From the NCBI GenBank assembly GCA_040285825.1, contig JAUPSS010000006.1, positions 620,001-684,000 of the forward strand: 64,000 bases of DNA, given 5' to 3'. A model generated the notes under the pieces. The model made no database searches and was not told the origin of the DNA. It worked only from the letters and a program-made list of their open reading frames with translations. Made by a program: the position numbers and the translations under genes. Below, piece after piece: positions 34,469-46,613 of this stretch. This stretch comes from Eukaryota sp. TZLM1-RC. Taxonomy: Eukaryota; Protista; Metamonada: BaSk clade. Each line of letters begins with the position of its first letter. Positions within the stretch are counted from its first letter, which is position 1.

Positions 34469-36430
34469 TTAATCAAGCTTGGTCTCATGTTTTGGTAAAA
34501 GTTTATCCCATGTTTCTCGCAACTTTGTGCAAACAGTCCTCATAAAATCAAATTTTAGATCCGGGAATTCTTTCTCAAGAGTTGCTCGAGAATCATCAAG
34601 CTTTTCTTCAGTGGGGAACTCATTGTCCTTGATATCGAAAAAAGAGTCCAACTTTTTGGTTTTCTTAAATGCTTCAAGATTCTTGCAATGTCCAATGAAA
34701 TTATTATAAAAGTGGAATTCACTACACAAATCCTTGGTATGATCAGTTTCCAAGAGACGCAACAACAAAAAGATTAAAACACCAATATTCAAATCCCGAT
34801 CGATCGGCGAGCCAGCATTTTCGCAAATTCTATAAAAATGGTGAAGTGAAAATTCTAAATCGTCCAGCACAATAGTTTGACCTGGCAAGAGGTTTGATAT
34901 GGAAAAAGCAAATCGAAGAAGGGAAAACATTTGGTCTGATTTAATAGAATAACGTTCAATGAAATGAAAAACCTTCACCTCTTTAAACATTGCAAAAAAA
35001 CTCTTCAAGCGCTTAGTATCTTCGTTGGACAGGTATTTTGAAACACATGATCTGGCAGCTTCCAATCCAAGTAAAAAATCCTTTGCACTTGCTCGTTGAT
35101 GATTAGTAATGGTAAAAGGGGTAGATGTACGATCTAAATTGTGCGATCCTAGTTGTATTCGAAACTGTTTCATGCTGTCCCTCCGAACCTGAGACCTACT
35201 AGCAAGAAATTGTGGAATGAACTTATCATGGAGAGAAGGAAGAAAATGACTGAATAGATATAAATACGAAGGAAAATCCTGAGAGTCCAAACAAAATTGC
35301 TCCTTCTCCAGTTTCTTCTCGAGTTTCATTCTGCGCTTACGAAGAGAATCCTTGAAATCAATTTCTTCGTCACAAAAAGGACAGCTCCTAGCTTTCAACT
35401 TGGCCAGATAAATGCAGCAAAAGATGCATAGAGAGTGATTTTGAGAACTATGGAGCCGAAACAAAGGTAAATGAACAGGAGAAGAGGAAGAAGAACACAG
35501 CAAACAGGGACCAGACTCAATCTCTTCTAAGGGCGATCCAAGGAACACATTGGAAACCTTCACAACTTTGGTACACTGGTTATAATAAACTGCCATTGCG
35601 TAGAGAAGTTGAAAGCACGGGTTATCTGGAAGATTTACATTTTCCTTAACTCTTTCCCCCTCAAGATACTTTTCCAACAGATCCTGAAGATGAATTACAA
35701 ACAGTTCTGGATTTGGCTCTAATGTTATTGAGAGGTTAGGGTTAGGGTTAGGGTTAGGGTTAGGAAATGTTATTGAGAGTTCAGGAAATTCGTCCTTGAC
35801 AAATGACCTAAAGCCTTGATAGTATTCTGCTTGGGGAAAAACAAGGTCGAAAAACGCTTTGCAAAAGAGACGATTCAAATTCCATTCCTTCCTAGATCGT
35901 GTACAAGACAAAACCAAGTTAACTGCAGCTTTCCGTAGACATTCATTGGACGGCGTTTTTTGACCAAAAGCTGCTGTGAGATCCATTTCAGTGAACTTTT
36001 TGGTTTCAACTGCATTCTTCTGCATGATGAAACACTTCTTAATGAAACAAAGGACACAAAGAAATTCGTCTGGGCATGATGGTTTTGAAGGAGTATGATG
36101 TGTTTGATTGCATTGAGTTGTGTTACAATCAGATTCTATGTTCTGGTAGTATAGAGGGAGTCTTGACAACGAGAAGAAAGGAAGAAAAGGAACAGAATTA
36201 GGATGGTGAATTAACTTTGAGATAATACTGTGATAATTCATCCATATACCAATGTTTGCTGATTGTTTAGTTGCACTAATCGAGTTGATGTAAGGGAGAA
36301 AGTCGGTAACTGGTAAGTATACATTGTGAGAATCAGAATCAGAATCAGGAGGAAAGATGACGTCATATACTTTTTGATGGCTACTTGGTTTCTCAGGTTT
36401 AGTTGTGGACACAGAGAAACAATTGCCCAT
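34469..36430 (-). CDS. Uncharacterised N-acylated RING-like protein; paralog of 24269-26329
   Basis: 653-aa ORF; MGNCFS; CLLC...H...HSLCIFC...CPFC. Confidence 0.8.
   Translation of the reverse strand: MGNCFSVSTTKPEKPSSHQKVYDVIFPPDSDSDSHNVYLPVTDFLPYINSISATKQSANIGIWMNYHSIISKLIHHPNSVPFLPFFSLSRLPLYYQNIESDCNTTQCNQTHHTPSKPSCPDEFLCVLCFIKKCFIMQKNAVETKKFTEMDLTAAFGQKTPSNECLRKAAVNLVLSCTRSRKEWNLNRLFCKAFFDLVFPQAEYYQGFRSFVKDEFPELSITFPNPNPNPNPNLSITLEPNPELFVIHLQDLLEKYLEGERVKENVNLPDNPCFQLLYAMAVYYNQCTKVVKVSNVFLGSPLEEIESGPCLLCSSSSSPVHLPLFRLHSSQNHSLCIFCCIYLAKLKARSCPFCDEEIDFKDSLRKRRMKLEKKLEKEQFCLDSQDFPSYLYLFSHFLPSLHDKFIPQFLASRSQVRRDSMKQFRIQLGSHNLDRTSTPFTITNHQRASAKDFLLGLEAARSCVSKYLSNEDTKRLKSFFAMFKEVKVFHFIERYSIKSDQMFSLLRFAFSISNLLPGQTIVLDDLEFSLHHFYRICENAGSPIDRDLNIGVLIFLLLRLLETDHTKDLCSEFHFYNNFIGHCKNLEAFKKTKKLDSFFDIKDNEFPTEEKLDDSRATLEKEFPDLKFDFMRTVCTKLRETWDKLLPKHETKLD
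35721..35779 (+). repeat. (GTTAGG)5 telomeric insert flanked by a 14-bp direct repeat, in frame inside a CDS
   Basis: AATGTTATTGAGAG-(GTTAGG)5-A-AATGTTATTGAGAG. Confidence 0.9.
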
Positions 36431-36539
36431 GACAAGAAGGGTTATTATTCATGAAAAGGAGGGAATGAAAGAAGGGAAAAGGTAACGCAATTGAATCTAT
36501 TCCATTGGATTCCATTATTCTTATCACTAGCTCTTTGGA

Positions 36540-37848
36540 CCCGAAGTTCAAAGGATTACGTGCAAAAGTGAGGTCACAATTAACAGAATGTAAAGGGTCC
36601 CAAGTCCCAGATCATGCTTATCTTAGTCCACGTTATGGTGGTTTCGGTTGCACTAAAGCCTCAACTCTTACTTCATGTGCTTTTATTGGTGGAAGCAGAA
36701 ATCCAATCTTTGAGTTTTCTGAAAGATTTGCCGATTGGGAAGATTTATTAATGACAACGCAAAGTTCCACTATTTTTGCATTCAATGAAGAAATTTCAAA
36801 AATTGATGTAGAAAAATGGAGTCGATGTTTTCTCCAATCAATCATTCAATGGCAATATTCCGGAACAGAATTTTTAAATTAAAATCTCTTAAACTCTTCG
36901 AACATTACAGAAAAGATTGACTGGAATGTATGAAAAAGATCTTTATAATAATATTTGCAGCTCGGCTGTTTTAAATCAAGATCTTCACTCATTGTTATTG
37001 GAAAAGGGTGTTTGTGAAAACAAGGTGTCAGATTCTTCACTTTTTGTAACCATTGTACCACGAAGATTTGGATTGTGTGCTACTAATGAAGCATTTGTAA
37101 CAAAAATGAGATTATATTTGAACATCCCCATTAACCAATTATTATCAAAAGAAAAATGTATTTGTTCGAATTCACCTCAACTCACTTTGCGCCATGCTCT
37201 AAATTGCTCTAAATTGATAACTTATCGTTCTTCATTACATGATGCTGTTAGAGACACTGTTTTCAATATGGCACAAACTGCAAGGATATCGTGTATCAAA
37301 GAGCCCCTGCTGAAAGAAACACTTTCTCTCAATAATTTTGGTTCTGATGAGAGAGGTGATGTATACTGTGATTATATTTAGAAGTCTGAAGCTAATGTTG
37401 GTAACTTTATCTCCTGTAATGTTGCAATTAAGACTTTATTTCGAAAAAGAAAACTTTATCTGGCGGGTGCTATTGAATTTGAAGCTAATGAAAAACATAG
37501 AAAAGATGATAAAGATATAGAAGAAGCTAATACTGATAGATATAAACCACTTGTTTTTATTGCTTTTCCATTTTTGATAAACGGAAGACTATCTGTAGAA
37601 GCAGGAACTTTTTTGAATGATTTCCAAAAAATGGTTTAAAAAACAACAATGAAAAAATTTTCTATTTTATTGGCGTTCTCGGATTCAATTTGCGATTATT
37701 AATAGGTTACGTCGGTTTTTCAGTCGAATCAGAGAAGCTTTAGCTAGACAGCAAGCAGATCAAGATTTTGTAGAGGAAATCTTGGTTCAATGAATTTCGT
37801 CCCATTAGTTATGAATTAATTTAATTCAGTGTGCATGTTCAATAAATA
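36540..37848 (+). mobile_element. 5'-truncated RLE non-LTR retrotransposon family A, frameshifted
   Basis: Collinear with 61992-63299 (PDHAYLSP.YGG; CICSNSPQLTLRHALNC; LHDAVRD; RGDVYCD). Confidence 0.92.
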
Positions 37849-40800
37849 TCAAGAATGTCGGTCCCATAATTTGAAAAAACCATTGAAATAGACGCAAGTT
37901 TTTTTCACTAAGGGAAATTGAAAACATAAAAAGAGACTGGTTCCGAAGAGTCTTGAATCCGGTATCAGATCAATAACAAAAAGTACTTGTTTGTTCTTTA
38001 ATTTCCATGCATAGAAAATACACACCAATAACGACTATTTGTTTTGAAAGCGAATGGATGTGTTTTGAATAAGTTATCTGGTTGACCTTCTTCATTAATG
38101 TCAATGTAGCAACTCCGTCATTGAGGTGTAAATGTTTCCGTGAAGCACTAACAACAAACAGTCCGTCAAAAAGTTATTTCCACCACTTCTGTATGAGAGG
38201 AAAGAAAACAACGTGAGGATAAGGAAACGTAATCTATAATTGATTAATTTCTATTTTCATCAAGGCCTACATAAAAATTGTGGTGTTTTTTTTGTTTTTT
38301 TGTTTTGTATATTGATTGACAACCTGTGGTTACAAGTTCTATTATGGGCCTTCCGTTTTGTGAAAAACACAAATTAAACAAAAGTTGCTAAAGATATGTT
38401 GATTTGTTAATTATGACCTTTTAAAAAAAGATATGGTAGAATTTGACATTGTGGAATGATTTAAAATTATAATTTTCGAAAATGACGAAGTTGAAATAGA
38501 CAATATTCCTTTCATTTAATTGTGGAACTTTGTATAAATTTTCAAGTTAAGATTTATTGTTGAGTATATAAATAAGAATGTTTATAATATAATGTTCATT
38601 CATTGGAATTGTGGAATGAAACATTTATTCATAAATGAACTAACCTACAAACACAGGTGGTAAATTTTTGCCCTACAATGTTGGAGTAAATAACGATGGC
38701 AAAATAAATTTAAAAACGTTATAGAATTATATCAAATACTGCTTTTGTTTAATACGAAATATAAATGTAATCTTCTCTCTTTCTTTGGTGAGTTTGCTGT
38801 TGGTGTTAAATGAAAAAGCAAAAACAATTTCTTGTTTTAATATATTTATTAATCATTTCATAAGTGAACATCTAACTAATGATAAACACTCAACTTCATT
38901 CAATACCACAGGGCTGCTTCATTATAGCAACAATTATCATAAATAATCAAACAACACAATAGGATGGCCTAGATTCAAAGAAGAATTTTTGCAATTGACC
39001 GAAACTTGAAACTTATGAGACTAACAATCATGCTTTTGAATTCTAGTATTCTGTTATGATAATAATAAATATCGAAGAAAGTTCTACAATTAACTATTAA
39101 TTGAATCAGTGCTGCTAATTGTATCTATGATAATAATTGGTGAAAACCATTCTGTCAGCCTACCTGGTGTAATGAGCAACCTGTTTTCAAACGCCACATC
39201 TATTTTGCAGACACCAACACAATAGTAATTTTGGAACATCTGAAACAAGATTTTTTACAGCGGCAGAAGTTATGAAGCTCATGCTATTTCATCTATTTTC
39301 AGGAAATTTGAAATATTATTTCTAGATTGTAACAAAAAATATAAAGGGGCGATGCCTTATAAAATAACCAAAACCTGCGTTTGAAAACTCCGATATATTT
39401 TGTAAATAACCTTTCTTATTATTACATAGGCTAAAAACTACTGCAATTTAAAAGTTCCTTTTCCCACTATGCCACTGTTAGAAATCGATACTTCAAAAGG
39501 ACACTGAAGCAAAAGCACAGAGAAAAACAGTACATAATTTACGTTATTCAGAGGCCGTTTGAGAAGCTCCAAGAGCGTTTTAATTGCGACAGCAAGCTTT
39601 TCACATTAAACAAATGTAAACATTCTCCCTAAGTCAAGACAAGTCGAACAAGAGACCAATTTTTTGTAGGATTAGAACTCATTCGTTTTCCAATTAATGA
39701 TTCAATGGATGATGCAATGAGTGGAGTCAATAGTAGAGTCAACAAAGAAGAGGGAGACAGCACAGAGCAGTTTGTTATAATGACTACAAAAGCATTAGGA
39801 GGCCCTCGACTTCCCTTGACTTCTCTTAACTTTCTTGAAATGGAAAGTTTGTAACAATCATGATGGAGAGGAAGGTACTTTGATGCAGGGGGGGGGGGAG
39901 AAAGAAAAACTCCGATATTGTTACTAAAATACAATTCATCATAACGAAGAAACACTCAACAATTTTATGTTTTATATATATTATGTTAAATTAATTTTAT
40001 TAAAACAAAAAAAGTGCAAGAAGGAAGAAACTGGTTTGCAAGAATTTTTTCTGCTCTGAAGCGTTATATATGGGTAACGAAGTAAGATGTTTGTGTTATT
40101 TAGAGAATTTAATTGACAGACAACAAACCACGGTAAGTTTCATTTTACTCAGCTGAATAATGATCACATAGTTCCAAGTTAGTTATGTGCATATCAATTT
40201 TCGAGTGAATTCTGGTGAATTGTCATATTTGAATTTCTTTGCAAAGTGAGTGGATGAATTGCAGCCAACTTTTGTTTATCCATAAAATTGTTTCAATGTC
40301 TGCTAACTGGATTCGTTAATAAAAAAACAAATGTTGTTCAATTTGTTTTTGATTTTCAAAATTTTATTCATTTATTAAGGAATATGAAAACATAAAATAC
40401 ACTACTAAAACTCCACACACTCAAAACCTGCCTCCCCTACATCAAAATAATTAATTGCCATAGATTCAGAAAGTTGTTGTTAAAAATGAATATGTAATGA
40501 ACCAAAATCATGTAGACCGTACAGAAAGACGTGCTCAAATCTTTTTTGACCATAATCAATTTTAATCGATGGAAAACTGAATGACTGATGATTACTGAGT
40601 CGTTTATCTATTGATGAATAAAACTTCAGAAATAGCAAAATCTCTGCCACTAGTTCGTTGGAACTCTCAAGTAGAAAAATCAATTATCTCTGTCAAATTT
40701 CAAAAGTGTAAATAATGTATCTAACCATCTTGGAAAAGTATATCACCCAAAAAAATTTAAGGCGTGGACTTAAAAACAAAATTGGTTTTTCGGCTTGAAT

Positions 40801-41339
40801 ATCTTTTCAATCATTGAATTAATGTTGGCCCTGTTGTTTCGCAGACTTAAAAAAATGCAGAAGAAAATCAAAAGTAGAATTTGTAGAATGTTGTCAATGA
40901 TTATATTTTTGTGAGTAAAAAAAAGATGTTTATTACTCCAAAGCACAGTCTCAAGCCACATGCAAGTCTATAGAAGATCCCTTATCAAACAATAACCGGG
41001 AGAAATTTGCTCGCTTGGTTTATTCTCCCTTGTTATTCTCGAATGCAAGTATCTTCTAAAAACTGTTAGAGATGCCATCTGATCTCATTATCAAGCGTAA
41101 TAATTGAAATTCGCAAGGCCTGACATCAGTGTGACCATCACACAATAGTCATTCATTTATTCAAGATTAAAGGTTATGAACATATGAAAATGATTAACAT
41201 TGTTCATTTTTTAAATTTTTATTTTAAGTAATATTTTAATTCTTTTTAATTTAATTTCGATAACCATCGAAACCTCTTGATCTGTTTTCAAAACACCAAT
41301 TATAAAACAGTGTGTGCCATCTTCAGTTTTGACTCAAAG

Positions 41340-42560
41340 CACACCATTTGAAAGGAATTATTACTGATGCAGTAACACATATAAGTGAACTAGTTGATAG
41401 AAATATTAGATTCAGGATTGTTGACGATCTTGACGATGAAAATTCGTTTCCTTCCTTATAACAATTGCCAAAAACATGTGGACAACAATGGACCAATCAC
41501 GAGTGAATGAAGCTGCAATTTTAATAATATAAAATTACAATGCTAGTTTGATGTACTCAAAATGAATTCACTTAACTTTGTATTGAAATATTCGATGATT
41601 TGTTTGAATCTACATCTTGACTGACAAAAACATTCCACAAAAATTGCCAAATCGCTTTCCGGCTTAGAAAAATTGGTGGCTACAAATTAAAGTCATATCC
41701 AGTGACAAGAATAGCATATCTGTTGATTACCTTGAGATGATAGTCTTCGGCTATGATTAGGGTTAGACATAACTGTAAATGAAGTGTAATTTATTACGAA
41801 GAGGAATTGTATTCTCTCTTCTTATACAAATAGACTAAACTAATAAACTATAATACTAAAGCTATTTATACTATTCAAGACTAAGAGAGAAGGTTAAATG
41901 AAAAAGGATTGCTTATGACGGACAAAGTTTATTCAGCTCAGTAATCAATCAAAATTTTGCGAAAAGAAAAGTTTTCTAAAAAACTCAAGACGCAAAGTGT
42001 CTGGTATTGAACAACAAAGTTGTTTGGAAAAGCTCAGATTTGTTTAGTTTAGTGTGATTGTGGTCAGAGCAACAATGAAGCGTTTGTTAAAACACAAATG
42101 AGAAAGTGTGATCAACATCGACGAAATCAATAGAAGAATATCAGAAATTGATATTGTATTTGTGAACGAATGGAATATGTAACTAATGAATCTTTGATAA
42201 TTGCTAAGAAGCTGAACCTACACTGAAATTTTATAATCATGTGTTCTTCAATGACCCAGAAAAGACCAATTCAATTACAAAATTGTTCAAGGATTTTGGG
42301 GATTTTTCACACATACTTTTGGAAGATTTCAGTTGTTTTAGTCTCGGTTCTGACAATTGAGAAGATACAATGTCATTACCACCTCATCATCAGTGGGCAA
42401 CATATGGGCAAAAGTATCTGCATCTGTCAATTGTAGTCCAGAGAGTGTTCAGTGCAACAGAATCTGCTTCAACAACAGAGCAGTATTTGTTAGCTCTTGA
42501 TTGCAAATGTCTTGAAGTGCAAGAAAGCGACAGTGATGATGATGTAGTGGAAGAATAAGT
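41340..42560 (+). pseudogene. Highly decayed hAT transposase
   Basis: hATC-like PHHQWATYGQKYLHLSIVVQRVFSA..S....E at 42370-42490; left boundary approximate. Confidence 0.5.
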
Positions 42561-44691
42561 AAAAGGAATGATGCGCTTGAGTAGAAACAAATATTATATT
42601 TAATAGTATTATATTTATTTATATAATATTCATTTCAGTAACATATTTATTTTATTTTGTGTGGTATTAGAAACAAACTGTCGTTTGAAGATATGCCTAT
42701 AGATGAGTAACTATATCCCACAACAAAAAATTTAGACTATTATGATGTCATTTATGATTAAACTTAAAAATCTATTTTGCATTTATTTTTAGTTTTATTG
42801 AATAAAGATTATTAAAAATGAAGAAACAATAATTTGCAAGGAGTGAACACCCCATGCACACTGCTGTCATGACGTCATGACAAAATGGGTTTGAGTGAAA
42901 TTTTCAACTATGTTTTTGACGATTCGTTTTTTCACATTTTAGACCTTCTGTTCACTCATTAGATTTCTGCCTCCTATCCAATGTAAAATTATTTTACCGC
43001 TAATGTATTATGGAATTCTTTGCTTAACTATTTTCCTTCAACCACTTTTCTCAATGGTTTTATGGAAATGGTTTACAATCTCACCATTTCTAACCCCCTT
43101 TACGATAACAGTTCACTATCAATTGTTGTCAAGTGTGTGGGGGGTCACATATGGTCAGCTATATACACTTATTTGTTTCGTATTTTTGGTCTTCTTGCTT
43201 TTCTCTTTTTCTTTGTCTATGCTGTTCATGTTCACACCTTGTTCCTGAACCAAATCCGGAGAGTGAGTACAGGGAAGAATTTAAATTTAAATTTCAAATT
43301 TCAATTAATTTGTCATTTATTTAGTTCAATAAAATCAAATTTATCTTCAATTATTTACCGTAAACAATTACAAATGATAATAATAAAACAGCATAGACTC
43401 AAGATACACATAACAGTTTAAATACAAGTTAGCTGACTTGAAGAACAACATGCTATTTTTTTATTTCAGATGGTGTTCTTACCATCTTTTGTTGTGAATT
43501 ATCAGTATATTTGCTATGTATCAATAAAAAGCGTTGGTTATTAGGTTTATTACATTCATTGAAAAGGAGCAATAAATTTAAACTTGTAAGTATAAATTTG
43601 TAAATTTAACAAGAATAATAGGAATAATATTTCTCTTCACTGTTCTCTTCATCAGTTCTTTGAGCGGACAGTGTGTGATTATGTTGATGGACATCTGACC
43701 AAGGTGGTTACCATGGCTCAACTGGGTAGTTTGCTGACCAGAGTTTTCGCCGTGCGCTTCCCTGAAGACAGTCGTTTCTTGACTCAGCATCAATTCTGGA
43801 TCCAGTGTCTTGACTTTTTGGTGGGCTCTCAGCCAAAAGTCAGACATCCATTCAACAGACCTGGCAAAGGTCATGTGTATGAAAAGCTCCAGCGAAACTC
43901 TACACATGGCCGTTTGCTGTCTTGTTCATCTGTAGAACACGTCGTAATCATGCACTACCCACTGGTAGGCCTCTCCAACAACTAGTGGATGCAAGGTGTC
44001 GCCAGCTGCGAGGCAACTACCAGCAGCTCCTAGTTGATGGGCTTGTGTCTTGGAAGCTCATCTTCTTTCGCTCGTATGCAGTAGGTCATAACAGCCCCAC
44101 ACCAGCCACTTATGCAGAGGAATTGGAGCACTGATTCCATGGCGGAAGAAAAGTACAAGAATGAGTGTGTTTTGGAAGATAAGGCTTTTACACAAAACTC
44201 CATCATCATTCATACTATGCCAACTCATTCCAGAAGTCATACTTTATCGATTGAACAACTCCGTTCTTACTTTGACAACTATCTTTTAACGGGCTTTGAC
44301 GAAGGGAATGTACACGATCTCGAGAATTTTCTTCCGTCATCAGCTCCCACTCTTTCACAGTTTGACGAATCCTTTTGTTGAACAGCTGTTGCGCTTCATA
44401 ATGGTCCAGCTCTTGTTCCATGTCTGTCTACTTCATTTGCTGCATCTTGGTCTGTCTTTATGCTGCTCAATGTCAAAGACAGCGCTGATCTCTCATACTT
44501 TTCTAAAACTGTGAATGACCCTTCTTCAAATAGATCACCCCTCTAGCAACTGATGATCTTGAAAAAGTACTCAGAAAATATAAAGATCCACCAATGAAGT
44601 ATGTTCTTCATCGTCTGATTTACTTTGATGGTCATCCAACCTACTTGTTTGAAATTATTGGTAGTTGTAATCCCTATCACTATATCAATAA

Positions 44692-45330
44692 GAAAGTATC
44701 ACGTCATCTGTAGTTTAAATTTGTTCTTTGTTTTGAGTTTATGATTTTCATAACTCTTTTAATAAACATCTGTTTTATTTTAGTTTATGATCAATAGTGC
44801 ACGTAAGCCAACAGTAATTACTTCAGATGTGCTCCCTTGTGCTAAGTCTTGTATCATTGGCTGCGACCTTGTCAAGAAGCTTGGAATCCTTACAGAAGAC
44901 TAGCTATTCTTGAACATATAAGAGAGAAACATACAACTCATGGAAGATGAAGCCATTCCTGATCAGTTCATCCCTCCGTCCGATCTAGTCTCTGCCCTAT
45001 CCTTCTTAGCTGATTTAGAGAAAGCCACGTTTTTCCTCAATGATACCAAACTGGACGCTCCATCAAGGATTTGCTGTTTGAGTATCCCAAAGTATTTTCA
45101 AAGTTACTCGCCACTAAAGGAACTGAATGTCCTCCGATGAGAATCCGTTTTCATGATGAGACAAAAGTAGTATCGAAAAAGTTCCGCTACTTACCCCCTG
45201 ATAAGCTGAAATTCGCTAATGAGGGAATGGACGTCCTCATCAAAAATGGTTTTGCTGTCCCATACGATGGCCCTTGGAGCTTCCCTAACTGTTAAGTACA
45301 ACGCCCTGGTAAGCCGCCTCACCTCACCGT
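44692..45330 (+). mobile_element. Internally deleted relic of an LTR family related to element 1 (partial LTR ending at 44813, protease C-terminus, RT start)
   Basis: ...AAGCCAACA-GTAATTACT; VLPCAKSCIIGCDL; VSKKFRYLPP; NGFAVPYDGPWS. Confidence 0.88.
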
Positions 45331-46613
45331 CAAAGGTATACCTTGCCTAATTAAAGAAACCCTAGCTAACAACACCCTTTATTAACAACTACCAGCAAGG
45401 TATAAACAAGACATCTTGAGAAAAGATATCTCTGACTCATCACATTCTTCTTATAACATGCAGCAACAACAGCAAATTCAAAACAAAAAGAAGAACGACG
45501 AGCTAACGGGCCCGGATCCCACCTCCTCTTTCATAAAAGAAACAGTTGATAGAGCTGACGAGGTCCCTCCTTCTGCGAATATAAATGTCAAAGGAACATG
45601 GGTGAACCCAGATCCCACCTCTCCTTTTGACCAAAAAGTGGTAAAACAGGTAACGAAAACAGACACGGCTCCCTCTCCATTCTCAAATGTAGAATCCATT
45701 AAGCAGACGGATGTAAATCCCACCTTACACACAACAACCCCTTCCTACCCTACCCTACCCTACCCTTGGAAGGTATGATGAATTTCATGCTCAACTAGAT
45801 GACATGGAAGGGGAAGACGACTCCAAAGATGGATTCTACGAGCTTCTGAGAGAAGACACGGAAGCCTACCTCAAACCAACAGAGTTTTGTTTGTTTGAGT
45901 AGCTCCCTCATCTATGGAGTTCAATTCAAAAAAGAGGCACAAACATTCGTTTCACGACCGTTGGTTTCGTTGGCGATACCTCAAATGATATTTGAAATTC
46001 CCCTAGAAATTCCATGGAAGAAATTGAACTCATTATAGCTTTGGACAAGCTCAGTAGAGAAGCAGAACACCATTCCAGACTCTCGGGAATGGACAAACGG
46101 ATCAACGAGATCATGGCCACTCCAATCAAAGAAATTTTGATGTACTCTTCATTCGTGATCTGGAAATCAATTTACCAGAAAATAATGAATATGAGTTAAA
46201 ATATAAAGAACATCTGGGTGCTCTGGTAGCGATTCTCCTTGACACTTCTCCAGTGACAGAGCTTGGTGTATTTGCCAAAATTGACATCCCAGCATATATA
46301 TATTGCAGTAATATTGTAGAATAATTGGGCCCACACGTCAGTGAGCAAAAGGCTGATCAGATTACAGTGAATCACCAAGGTGATATTTCTCATGTTTTTT
46401 CGTTTAGATCTACCGATAACAAACTTCATATAAATGTGTGCTCTTCTTGATAATTCCAATGTACCCTATCGAATGACTTCCAAATTAAAGCAGACCTACA
46501 TTAAGCATGTATACAAGATTTCAACCAATAAGGCATTTAACAACATTGATAACAGTGACGACTTGAAATTTAAAACTAGGACTCACAAGACTCACAACAG
46601 AAATTTTGTTCTG

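Noticed and set aside
41774-41924. Solo LTR inside the hAT relic
   Set aside because: TG..CA ends can be drawn, but there is no TSD or second copy.
43578-44640. Viral or Helitron gene in the GC-richer ORF fragments
   Set aside because: The fragments look coding but are broken and show no recognisable motif; the same applies to 59242-59780 and 61131-61682.
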